Origin: an uncultured bacterium
GTDB taxonomy: Bacteria; Auribacterota; JACPWU01
Length of the DNA: 32,000 nucleotides
Assembly: GCA_964640155.1 (NCBI GenBank)
Contig: CAZXEQ010000003.1
Span: 164,189-196,188 of the forward strand
Reading direction: 5' to 3'
Translations under genes and position numbers: made by a program
In this document: in pieces, positions 24,074 to 32,000 of the stretch
Position numbering within the stretch: the stretch's first letter is position 1
How the letters are laid out: each line of letters begins with the position of its first letter
The notes under the pieces: generated by a model
Told to the model about the DNA's origin: nothing
Databases searched by the model: none
Seen by the model: the letters and a program-made list of their open reading frames with translations, nothing else

Positions 24074-25600
24074 ATGCATCTAAATGGAAAAGTAAAATCC
24101 CTTGAATCTTTAGCGTTAGAACTTGAGATGTTACGTTCTCAGAATAAAAAGATTGTCCACTGTCATGGCATCTTTGATTTGCTTCATGTGGGGCACCTGA
24201 GATATTTCAAGGAAGCAAAATCTATGGGCGATGTCTTGGTCGTTACACTGACACCTGATTGTTATGTCAATAAGGGGCCGAAACGGCCTGTATTTACTGA
24301 AAGTTATCGTGCGGAAATGATCGCAAGTTTAGATATGGTTGATCATGTCGCGATTAACCAATGGCCTACTGCAGTAGAAACCATTCAGCATTTGAAGCCG
24401 CATGTTTATGTAAAGGGACCAGATTATCGAGATCATAAGAATGATTTGACCGGCAAGATTAGTCAGGAAGAAGACAGTATTCGTTCTGTAAATGGGGAGA
24501 TTCGTTATACCAATGATGTCATGTTTAGTTCTTCTACACTTTTAAATGAGCACTTTCCGCTTTATACAAAAGAACAGATCGATTATCTGCAAAGAATAAA
24601 ACAAAATTATTCTCTTCAAGATCTTCGTGCTTATATCGATAAGTTGTCAAATCTTAAAGTTCTTTTGGTTGGCGAAATCATTATAGATGAATATGTTTTC
24701 TGTGATGCCATAGGAAAATCTGGAAAAGAACCGATGCTTGTCACTAAGAAGCTTCGAAAAGAAACTTATGCAGGTGGTATTATTGCTGTCGCAAATCATC
24801 TCTCCGATTTTTGTAGAGATATTACTGTTGTTAGCTATTTGGGAAGTGAATTGAATGGACGAGATTTTATAGAACAAAATATGAAAAATAATATAAAGCT
24901 GGACGTGATTGCGAAAACAGGTTCACCTACTATTGTAAAACGCAGATATGTAGACTCCTATACGAAGGCCAAACTTTTAGGTGTGTATGATATTAATGAT
25001 GAAATGATTTCAGCGTCAGAAGAAGAAAAGCTCTTCGTAAAACTGCAGAAGCAGTTAAAGGAACATGATGTAGTGATTGTGGCAGACTATGGACATGGCC
25101 TCATTTCGGAAAGAATTGTTAATTTACTTTGTCAGGAATCAAAATATTTAGCGGTCAACACTCAAGTCAATGCTTCTAATATTGGGTATCACACCATTTC
25201 TAAATATCCTAGAGCGGACTATGTGTGTATACATTCTGGAGAGTTAAGACATGAATATCGTACACGTACAAGAGATGAAAAAGATTTGATCAGAGGTTTG
25301 CACGAAAGAATGCGCTGTGAAACAATGGTTGTTACCATGGGGATTAAAGGGTCTTTGTCCTATAAGAAAGGAGAAAATTTTTTGAATTGTCCAGCATTTG
25401 CAAGTAAGGTTGTAGACCGTATTGGTGCTGGAGATACTCTTTTGGCAATCACTGCAGCGTGTTTTGGTACACATCTTCCAACGGATGTTTCCTTGTTAGT
25501 AGGGAACCTTGCAGCTGCAGAGAAAGTAGGGATGATGGGTACAGGAACGTCTATTTCCAAAGTAGGACTTTTGAAAAGTCTTGAGGCTATGCTGAAATGA
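24074..25600 (+). CDS. Bifunctional sugar-phosphate nucleotidyltransferase (cytidylyltransferase-like, N-terminal) / PfkB-family sugar kinase (C-terminal); HldE/RfaE-like with reversed domain order
   Basis: The N-terminus has an HxGH motif (CHGIFDLLHVGHLRYF), as in RfaE domain II/TagD. The C-terminal ~330 aa are ribokinase-like, with DRIGAGDTLLA near the end. Confidence 0.8.
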   Translation: MHLNGKVKSLESLALELEMLRSQNKKIVHCHGIFDLLHVGHLRYFKEAKSMGDVLVVTLTPDCYVNKGPKRPVFTESYRAEMIASLDMVDHVAINQWPTAVETIQHLKPHVYVKGPDYRDHKNDLTGKISQEEDSIRSVNGEIRYTNDVMFSSSTLLNEHFPLYTKEQIDYLQRIKQNYSLQDLRAYIDKLSNLKVLLVGEIIIDEYVFCDAIGKSGKEPMLVTKKLRKETYAGGIIAVANHLSDFCRDITVVSYLGSELNGRDFIEQNMKNNIKLDVIAKTGSPTIVKRRYVDSYTKAKLLGVYDINDEMISASEEEKLFVKLQKQLKEHDVVIVADYGHGLISERIVNLLCQESKYLAVNTQVNASNIGYHTISKYPRADYVCIHSGELRHEYRTRTRDEKDLIRGLHERMRCETMVVTMGIKGSLSYKKGENFLNCPAFASKVVDRIGAGDTLLAITAACFGTHLPTDVSLLVGNLAAAEKVGMMGTGTSISKVGLLKSLEAMLK

Positions 25601-26217
25601 AAACTGCGAACTTAAACGAAAATCTTGTTTTTTTAAAAGAATATTTTGACCAATTTCATAGTCTTTTAGAAAGTACAGGGGTCTTGTTAGAAGATTTATC
25701 TCTTGCGAAAGAAAAAATTCTTCAAACTCACTTAAGGGGACAAAAGTCCATGATTGTTGGAAATGGAGGAAGTGCAGCTATTGCGAATCATTTTAGTGTG
25801 GATATGACGAAAAATGCAGGAGTGCGATGTGTGAATCTCAATGAATCCACTTTAATTACTTGTTTTTCTAATGATTACGGGTATGAACATTGGATTGAAA
25901 AGGCTATTGAATTCTACGGCGATAAAGGAGATTTGCTTATTGCCATATCATCAAGTGGAAAATCAAAGAATATTTTGCTCGGAGTAGAAGCGGCACGAAA
26001 GAAAGGTTTTTCTACCATTATTACTTTTTCTGGCTTTGGCGCTGAAAATCCTTTGCGGAGTATGGGGGATATCAATTTCTGGATAAATTCTAAAGCTTAT
26101 AACATGGTAGAAACAATTCATCAGTTGTGGTTACTTGCTCTTGTAGATTTAATCATTGGTAAGGCAGAGTATTCTACAAATCCAAAAGCTGAGGAGAATT
26201 ATGTTAAAAAACTCTAA
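25597..26217 (+). CDS. gmhA: SIS-domain phosphoheptose isomerase-like protein
   Basis: It has the motifs GNGGSAAIANHFSVDM and ISSSGKSKNIL, typical of GmhA/SIS isomerases. It has an ATGA overlap with the upstream gene. Confidence 0.8.
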   Translation: MKTANLNENLVFLKEYFDQFHSLLESTGVLLEDLSLAKEKILQTHLRGQKSMIVGNGGSAAIANHFSVDMTKNAGVRCVNLNESTLITCFSNDYGYEHWIEKAIEFYGDKGDLLIAISSSGKSKNILLGVEAARKKGFSTIITFSGFGAENPLRSMGDINFWINSKAYNMVETIHQLWLLALVDLIIGKAEYSTNPKAEENYVKKL

Positions 26218-27205
26218 GATTCACACTGTTTATATTACAGGAGGGGGGGGATATGTAGGATCTCTTCTTGTTCCTAAACTTTTAAATATGGGGTATTGCG
26301 TTCGAGTGATTGATCTTTTTATTTATGGGGATCATATTTTTAATTCGATTAAACAAAATCCAAATCTTCAAGTGATTAAAGGTGATATACGAGATACTGC
26401 TCTTTTGAAACAAACAATTTCTGGCTCAGATGCAGTGATTCATTTAGCTTGTATTTCTAATGATCCTAGTTTTGAATTAAATCCAGACCTTGGAAAATCA
26501 ATTAACTATGATGCTTTTATTCCTCTGGTCAAAATCTCTAAAGAAAGCGGTGTCAAACGTTTTATTTATGCTTCTTCCTCCAGTGTTTATGGGATTAGAG
26601 AAGGGAATGTTACGGAAGATTTACCTTTGATGCCTCTAACAGATTATTCCAAATACAAAGCTTTGTGTGAGGAGATCTTGCTGAAAGAGTGTGACAAAGA
26701 TTTTGTTGCCTTGGTTTTAAGGCCTGCCACCGTATGCGGTTATTCTCCGCGTTTAAGACTAGATTTAACAGTTAATATTTTAACGAATCATGCCGTGAAT
26801 AATCGTAAAATTACTGTTTTTGGAGGGGATCAACTTCGGCCCAATATACATATTGAAGATGTTACAGATCTTTATATCAAGAGTCTAGAGTGGCCAGATG
26901 AGTCTATTAAAGGAAAGATTTTTAATGCAGGCTATGAGAATCATAAAGTGATGCAGTTAGCTCAAATTGTGAAAGATGTCGTAGGAGAAGATGTCGAAAT
27001 TGTCAAAACTCCAACGGATGATCATCGCTCTTATCATGTTTCTTCTGAAAAAATTAAAAGAGAATTAGGTTTTGTTCCAAAACACAGCATTGAAGACGCA
27101 GTTAGAGATTTGTTAAAAGCGTTTGAGGATGGGAAAATTCCTGATTCTATGACAGACAAGAGGTATTTTAATATTAAAACGATGCAGGCTCTTGAACTAA
27201 AATGA
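26201..27205 (+). CDS. NAD-dependent epimerase/dehydratase (extended SDR)
   Basis: It has the motif ITGGGGYVGSLLV and YSKYKALCE (YxxxK). The ATG at 26201 is preceded by GAGGAG. The track start at 26156 lies inside gmhA. Confidence 0.85.
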   Translation: MLKNSKIHTVYITGGGGYVGSLLVPKLLNMGYCVRVIDLFIYGDHIFNSIKQNPNLQVIKGDIRDTALLKQTISGSDAVIHLACISNDPSFELNPDLGKSINYDAFIPLVKISKESGVKRFIYASSSSVYGIREGNVTEDLPLMPLTDYSKYKALCEEILLKECDKDFVALVLRPATVCGYSPRLRLDLTVNILTNHAVNNRKITVFGGDQLRPNIHIEDVTDLYIKSLEWPDESIKGKIFNAGYENHKVMQLAQIVKDVVGEDVEIVKTPTDDHRSYHVSSEKIKRELGFVPKHSIEDAVRDLLKAFEDGKIPDSMTDKRYFNIKTMQALELK

Positions 27206-28311
27206 TAGCTCTCAAAGTTCCTTATGTAAAACTTTCTGCACAGCATACGGTTCTTTCTCAAGAGCTTATTGCTGTCGCAACAAGAATTATTGAGAGTGGA
27301 AAGTTTATTTTGGGTGAAGAAGTAGAAAAGTTTGAGAATTGTTTTTCGCAGATAAGTGATAGCGCTTATTGTGTCGGGGTAAATTCTGGAACGGACGCTC
27401 TTATTTTGGCATTGCGAGCCTTGGGAGTAGGACCTGGTGATGAGGTTATCACAGTGCCCAATTCGTTTGTTGCAACAACCAGCGCTATTATCATGGTTGG
27501 AGCAACACCTGTTTTTATCGATGTTGGGGAGGATTATAATATGAATCCTCTTTTGTTAGAGAAAGCTCTAACTTCTAAAACAAAGGCTATTCTTCCGGTA
27601 CATCTCACGGGACGTCCTGCAGATATGGATTCTATTTTAAATTTTGCACATCAAAATAATCTTTTTGTTGTGGAAGACTGTGCTCAAGCGGTAATGGCAG
27701 AGTACAAAGGGAATCGTGTTGGTTCCTTAGGAAATGTGGGGTGCTTCAGCTTACATCCCTTAAAAACGCTTAATGCTTGTGGTGATGGTGGAGTGATAAC
27801 AACACGTGATTCTCATGTTTATGAGAAGCTTAAGCTTATGCGTAACTTAGGATTAAAAACACGAGAAAATGCAGTTTTGTGGAGCAATAATTCTAGACTT
27901 GACACAATTCAAGCAGCGTTTCTTTTGGTTAAGATGAAATATTTAGATGCTTGGACTCAGAAACGTATAGATAATGCTCGTTACTACCAGAAACATTTGG
28001 ATGGAATTAAGGGATTGAGGTTGCCTGTTGATAAATCCTATGAAAAAGCCGTGTATCACACTTTTGTAATTCAAACCGATCGACGTGATGAGTTGATTAA
28101 ATACCTCGCTTCCCAGGGGATAGAAACAGTGATCCATTATCCTCGTCCGATACATCTTCAAGACGCATCTTCAGATTTGGGATATGCAAAAGGCAGTTTC
28201 CCTGTTTCAGAACAGCAGGCAAAGAGAATTTTGAGCCTTCCCATTTATCCTGAACTTGAACAGGAAGATTTGGACTATATTGTAACCACCCTAAAGGAGT
28301 TTTATGTCTAG
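27202..28311 (+). CDS. DegT/DnrJ/EryC1/StrS-family PLP-dependent sugar aminotransferase 1
   Basis: It has the motifs [21 protein letters not shown] and [16 protein letters not shown] (the PLP lysine is retained). It has an ATGA overlap with the upstream gene. Confidence 0.9.
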   Translation: MIALKVPYVKLSAQHTVLSQELIAVATRIIESGKFILGEEVEKFENCFSQISDSAYCVGVNSGTDALILALRALGVGPGDEVITVPNSFVATTSAIIMVGATPVFIDVGEDYNMNPLLLEKALTSKTKAILPVHLTGRPADMDSILNFAHQNNLFVVEDCAQAVMAEYKGNRVGSLGNVGCFSLHPLKTLNACGDGGVITTRDSHVYEKLKLMRNLGLKTRENAVLWSNNSRLDTIQAAFLLVKMKYLDAWTQKRIDNARYYQKHLDGIKGLRLPVDKSYEKAVYHTFVIQTDRRDELIKYLASQGIETVIHYPRPIHLQDASSDLGYAKGSFPVSEQQAKRILSLPIYPELEQEDLDYIVTTLKEFYV

Positions 28312-29446
28312 TTTTGTAGGAACATCTCAGCTACAAATCAGAGTTCCTTTTTCATATCTTGATCGTCAGTTTGCTGATCTGGATCCCTTTCTTGAAGATA
28401 TACGTGCTTTAGTAAAAGAAGGAGATTTTACATTAGGGAAAGCTCTCACAGAATTTGAAATACGATTTGCCCAGCTTCTTGAGGCTCCTTATGCTATTGG
28501 TGTGGGGACAGGAACAGATGCTATTGCGATGTCTTTAAAGGTCTTAGGAGTTGGTCCAGGTGATGAGGTTATTACAACACCTAATACTTTTATAGCAACA
28601 GTGGGAGCGATTGTTATGACTGGAGCACGTCCAGTTTTTGTAGATAGCGAGAATGGATACGTGATTGATCCTTCTAAAATAGAAGCGGCGATTACTCCCA
28701 GAACAAAAGCGATTGTTCCAGTTCATTATACGGGCAATGTAGCGGATATGCCTTGCATAATGAAGATTGCCGAGAAATATCATTTGGCTGTGGTTGAAGA
28801 TGCTTGTCAAGCGATCATTGCGTCCTTAGATGGAAAGAAAGTGGGTTCATGGGGACAAACAGCAGCATTCAGCTTTCATCCTCTAAAAAATCTAAATGTA
28901 TGGGCCGATGGCGGAATGATTGTTACTCAATCTCGTGATCTTGCTGAAAAACTAAGATTGTATCGCAATCATGGACTCCAGAGTAGGGATGAAGTCGTCT
29001 CATTTGGAATCAATTGTCGTTTAGATACGCTTCAAGCTGTAATTGGGAATCGATTGATAGGGCAGACAGAAGCCATTACAGCTCGGCGGATCGAGTTTGC
29101 AAATCGGTATGATCACGCATTTGAAGAATTAAGCGAGTATATTGATGTTCCAATCCGACGGCCGGGAGTTCGCCATGTTTATCATTTATATGTTATACGT
29201 GTTAAAGAACGAGATAGGCTTTTACACTATTTAAACCAGAATGAGATTGAAGCAAAAGTCCATTATCCCATTCCTGTGCATTTACAAAAAGCCGCAAAGT
29301 CTCTTGGCTACAAACGGGGAGACTTTCCTGTTGCGGAGGAACATGCACGAGTTGCTATTACTTTGCCTGCTCATCCCTATCTTACGGATGAGGAAGTCAG
29401 TTATGTGATTGATAAAATTTTTAAGTTCTATCAAGGGAGAATTTAA
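28304..29446 (+). CDS. DegT/DnrJ/EryC1/StrS-family PLP-dependent sugar aminotransferase 2
   Basis: It has the motifs [21 protein letters not shown] and [16 protein letters not shown] (the PLP lysine is retained). It is a paralog of the preceding gene. Confidence 0.9.
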   Translation: MSSFVGTSQLQIRVPFSYLDRQFADLDPFLEDIRALVKEGDFTLGKALTEFEIRFAQLLEAPYAIGVGTGTDAIAMSLKVLGVGPGDEVITTPNTFIATVGAIVMTGARPVFVDSENGYVIDPSKIEAAITPRTKAIVPVHYTGNVADMPCIMKIAEKYHLAVVEDACQAIIASLDGKKVGSWGQTAAFSFHPLKNLNVWADGGMIVTQSRDLAEKLRLYRNHGLQSRDEVVSFGINCRLDTLQAVIGNRLIGQTEAITARRIEFANRYDHAFEELSEYIDVPIRRPGVRHVYHLYVIRVKERDRLLHYLNQNEIEAKVHYPIPVHLQKAAKSLGYKRGDFPVAEEHARVAITLPAHPYLTDEEVSYVIDKIFKFYQGRI

Positions 29447-29447
29447 T

Positions 29448-30107
29448 ATGGGAATAGAAATAGATCTTCTCAAAAACTATCCAAGAACTAAACGGGCAGT
29501 AGATCAGAGGGGAGCGGAGAAGACAGAGAATGACAGGGCAATTGCAAGGCAATTTGGCAAAGACTTTTTCGATGGAGATAGAAGACATGGCTATGGAGGA
29601 TTTTCTTATCATCCGCGATTTTGGCAGCCCGTCATACCTGATTTTATTAAATATTTTGGTTTAACAAAAGATAGCTCTGTTCTGGATGTAGGTTGCGCAA
29701 AAGGTTTTATGCTTCATGACCTTTGCCAAGCTTTACCAGGGATTACAGTAAAAGGTATCGATATTTCACGCTATGCGATTGATAATGCAATGGAAGAAGT
29801 GAAACCTTTTTTGCAAATTGCAGATGCAAGAAAACTACCTTTTCCGGATAAGTCTTTTGATGTTGTTATCTCAATCACCACTTTACATAATTTAGGTCGG
29901 TCAGATTTTATTCAGGCTTTAAAAGAAGTCCAACGGGTTAGTCGAGGAAAAAGTTTTATTACTTTGGATGCTTATCGAAACGAAGAAGAACGAAAACGAA
30001 TGGAATTATGGAATCTTACAGCCTTGACAGTTATGCACGTTAATGAATGGAAGACATTTTTTGACGAAATCGGTTATACAGGGGACTATTACTGGTTTAT
30101 TCCTTAA
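29448..30107 (+). CDS. Class I SAM-dependent methyltransferase
   Basis: It has motif I, VLDVGCAKGFML, and FDVVISITTLHNL. The ATG at 29448 is preceded by AGGGAGA. The track start at 29409 lies inside the upstream gene. Confidence 0.8.
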   Translation: MGIEIDLLKNYPRTKRAVDQRGAEKTENDRAIARQFGKDFFDGDRRHGYGGFSYHPRFWQPVIPDFIKYFGLTKDSSVLDVGCAKGFMLHDLCQALPGITVKGIDISRYAIDNAMEEVKPFLQIADARKLPFPDKSFDVVISITTLHNLGRSDFIQALKEVQRVSRGKSFITLDAYRNEEERKRMELWNLTALTVMHVNEWKTFFDEIGYTGDYYWFIP

Positions 30108-30124
30108 TCTTAGAATATAGAAAT

Positions 30125-31105
30125 ATGAATATAGAAAATCATTCAAAAATAGCTATCGAGTTACTTCGGCGTATGAAACTGATTCGTATGACTGAGGAAA
30201 CAATCGCAGAAAGATATTCTGAAGGTAAAATGCGTTGTCCTACTCATCTTTCTATTGGTCAAGAGGCTGTTGCAGCAGCAGCCGGATTAGCTTTGTCTTC
30301 TAAAGATCAGGTTGTAAGTACACATCGATCACATGCTCATTACATTGGCAAAGGGGGTGATCTTAAAGCGATGATGGCTGAACTTTATGGAAAAAAAACG
30401 GGGTGTAGTTCTGGGCGTGGAGGGTCCATGCATTTGACCGATATGTCCGTTGGCTATCTTGCCAGTACAGCCATTGTGGGCAATTCTATTCCTATAGGAG
30501 TGGGAGCAGCACTCTCTAATCAAATATTAAAAAATGAACTTATCAGTTGTGTTTTTATTGGAGATGCCGCCGTAGAGACAGGCGTATTTCATGAATCAGC
30601 AAATTTTGCTGCTTTAAAAAAGTTACCTGTTCTTTTTGTGTGTGAGAATAATTTTTATTCTGTCTACACTCATTTAAGAGAGCGTCAACCAGAGGGTAGG
30701 GAAATTTGGAAGCTAGCAGCTGCGCATGGTTTAACATCGCAAACGGGAGACGGGAATGATGCGTGGACATGTTATTGTCAAATTTCAGATGCTTTAAACC
30801 ATATTCGACAAGGAGGAAAGCCTGTTTTTTTAGAGTTTTTTACATATCGTTGGAGAGAGCATTGTGGCCCATTTTATGATGATGATTTAGGATACCGTCC
30901 ACTCGAGGAGATCAGTGAATGGAAGGCGAAAGACCCTATTCCTAAACTTGAGAAAAAACTGTTGGATAGCGGACTTATAGATGCCAATGAAATTACGATG
31001 ATGAATCAGGAAATATTAGAAGAAGTAAATTCTGCGTTTCGTTTTGCTGAAGAGTCTGATTTTCCTTCAGCTGAGGATGCTTTCACGTTTCTTTATAAAG
31101 AATGA
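30125..31105 (+). CDS. Thiamine-diphosphate-dependent 2-oxoacid dehydrogenase E1 component, alpha subunit
   Basis: It has the TPP-binding motif GDAAVETGVFHESANFAALKKLPVLFVCENN and RGGSMH, typical of the E1 alpha family. Confidence 0.85.
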   Translation: MNIENHSKIAIELLRRMKLIRMTEETIAERYSEGKMRCPTHLSIGQEAVAAAAGLALSSKDQVVSTHRSHAHYIGKGGDLKAMMAELYGKKTGCSSGRGGSMHLTDMSVGYLASTAIVGNSIPIGVGAALSNQILKNELISCVFIGDAAVETGVFHESANFAALKKLPVLFVCENNFYSVYTHLRERQPEGREIWKLAAAHGLTSQTGDGNDAWTCYCQISDALNHIRQGGKPVFLEFFTYRWREHCGPFYDDDLGYRPLEEISEWKAKDPIPKLEKKLLDSGLIDANEITMMNQEILEEVNSAFRFAEESDFPSAEDAFTFLYKE

Positions 31106-31111
31106 GGATTC

Positions 31112-32000
31112 ATGGCCAGAAATATTAAGTTTTCTCAGGCAATTAATGAAGCTTTGCATGAAGCAATGGCTGAAGATGCGCGTGTCATTATTTATGGTTT
31201 AGGTGTTCCGGATCCAAAAGCTATATTTGGTACAACATCAGGGCTAAGAGATCGTTTTGGCTCTGAAAGAGTTTTCGATATGCCTATTTCTGAAAATGCT
31301 ATGACAGGGATAGCTGTTGGAGCAGGACTCACGGGTTTAAGACCGGTTATGATTCATCAACGTTTAGACTTCTTTCTTTTGGCCATGGATCAATTGGTGA
31401 ATAGTGCAGCGAAATGGTATTACACTTTTGGTGGTAGAGCCAGTGTTCCTCTGACAATTCGTCTTTTGGTGGGGCGTGGTTGGGGTCAGGGTCCAACACA
31501 TTCTCAAAGTCTTCAATCATGGTTTGCACATATCCCTGGATTGAAGGTTGTAATGCCTACTTTTGCGAAGGATGCCAAAGGTTTGCTTTTATCCAGTATT
31601 TTTGATGATAATCCCGTTGTTTTCATAGAACATCGATGGTTGCATAATTCAGAAGGAGATGTTCCAGAGGAGAACGTTAGAATTCCTTTGGGTAAGGCAG
31701 CCTTGCTGAAAGAAGGGCGTGATTTGACGTTAGTAGGAATGTCTTTGATGACGATTGAGGCTTTAAAAGTTGCTGATGAACTTATGAAATATGGCATTTC
31801 GTGTGATGTTATTGACTTGCGCAGCATTAGTCCCTTAGATTGGGAAACTATTTTCGGTTCTGTTCGTAAAACAGGACGGATGTTAGTGATGGATACAAGC
31901 TGGCCTATCTGCTCTGTTTCTAGCGAAATTGTTGCTCAAGTAACAATGAATCTTTGGAGTTATCTTAAAGAAGCTCCTCAACGAATCACACTACCTCATT
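31112..32000 (+). CDS. TPP-dependent 2-oxoacid dehydrogenase E1 component, beta subunit (3'-truncated by the window edge)
   Basis: This is a hand translation from the ATG at 31112: MARNIKFSQAINEALHEAMAEDARVIIYGLGV...FDMPISENAMTGIAVGAGLTGLRPV...GPTHSQSLQSWFAHIPGLKVVMP. It shows a transketolase-like pyrimidine-binding domain. The frame is open to nt 32000, so it is missing from the ORF track. Confidence 0.85.
   Translation, partial: MARNIKFSQAINEALHEAMAEDARVIIYGLGVPDPKAIFGTTSGLRDRFGSERVFDMPISENAMTGIAVGAGLTGLRPVMIHQRLDFFLLAMDQLVNSAAKWYYTFGGRASVPLTIRLLVGRGWGQGPTHSQSLQSWFAHIPGLKVVMPTFAKDAKGLLLSSIFDDNPVVFIEHRWLHNSEGDVPEENVRIPLGKAALLKEGRDLTLVGMSLMTIEALKVADELMKYGISCDVIDLRSISPLDWETIFGSVRKTGRMLVMDTSWPICSVSSEIVAQVTMNLWSYLKEAPQRITLPH

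Noticed and set aside
1-32000. Short antisense or alternative-frame ORFs nested in large genes (e.g. 49-246, 1456-1674, 1552-1737, 3551-3841, 4066-4552, 4663-5098, 7774-7971, 9297-9536, 12223-12417, 12539-12820, 14649-14831, 16058-16276, 17156-17347, 17445-17648, 19552-19761, 22185-22595, 22935-23120, 24647-24877, 25244-25560, 27034-27261, 27943-28161, 28544-28810, 29282-29612, 30329-30770, 31347-31827)
   Set aside because: Each lies fully inside a CDS with clear family motifs on the other strand or frame. Their compositions are typical of non-coding frames in AT-rich DNA, and none shows a motif or a start context of its own.
1-32000. A search for tRNA/rRNA genes, CRISPR arrays, IS elements or transposases, integrases and long direct repeats flanking the lasso region
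   Set aside because: None was recognised by eye. There is no regularly spaced repeat array, no transposase- or integrase-like ORF and no tRNA-like cloverleaf in the intergenic regions. A mobile-island origin of the cluster therefore cannot be supported from this window.

Overview
This is a low-GC bacterial window. The taxon cannot be resolved by eye, but Shine-Dalgarno sites are common and a heptose-type glycan pathway suggests a diderm. It has three parts. (1) 1-4.9 kb is housekeeping: a 5'-truncated single-chain pyruvate carboxylase and a convergent PIF1/RecD-type helicase. (2) About 4.9-20.7 kb is a large, strand-mosaic lasso-peptide (RiPP) gene cluster. It holds two Asn-synthetase-like lasso cyclases and one PqqD-like B1 + transglutaminase-like B2 pair. 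It also holds one McjD-type ABC exporter and three HPr-kinase-like paralogs, one with a degenerate P-loop. Tailoring genes include two PF14907-type nucleotidyltransferases (one fused to a SAM methyltransferase and translationally coupled to a DUF218 protein), two sulfotransferases of different families, and an Asp/Asn beta-hydroxylase-like oxygenase. I found two 51-aa precursor genes by hand that are absent from the ORF track (11681-11836 +, 17635-17790 -). They share a KKELWQxPxL leader motif but have unrelated cores. (3) 21.1-32 kb is a tightly coupled polysaccharide/LPS-type operon headed by a NusG/UpxY-like paralog. It encodes an FAD oxidoreductase, two SDR epimerase/dehydratases, a reverse-order HldE-like fusion, GmhA, two DegT aminotransferases, a methyltransferase and TPP-dependent E1 alpha/beta. 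No tRNA, rRNA, CRISPR or transposase was seen. All family assignments come from motifs read in the translations. No database search was run.
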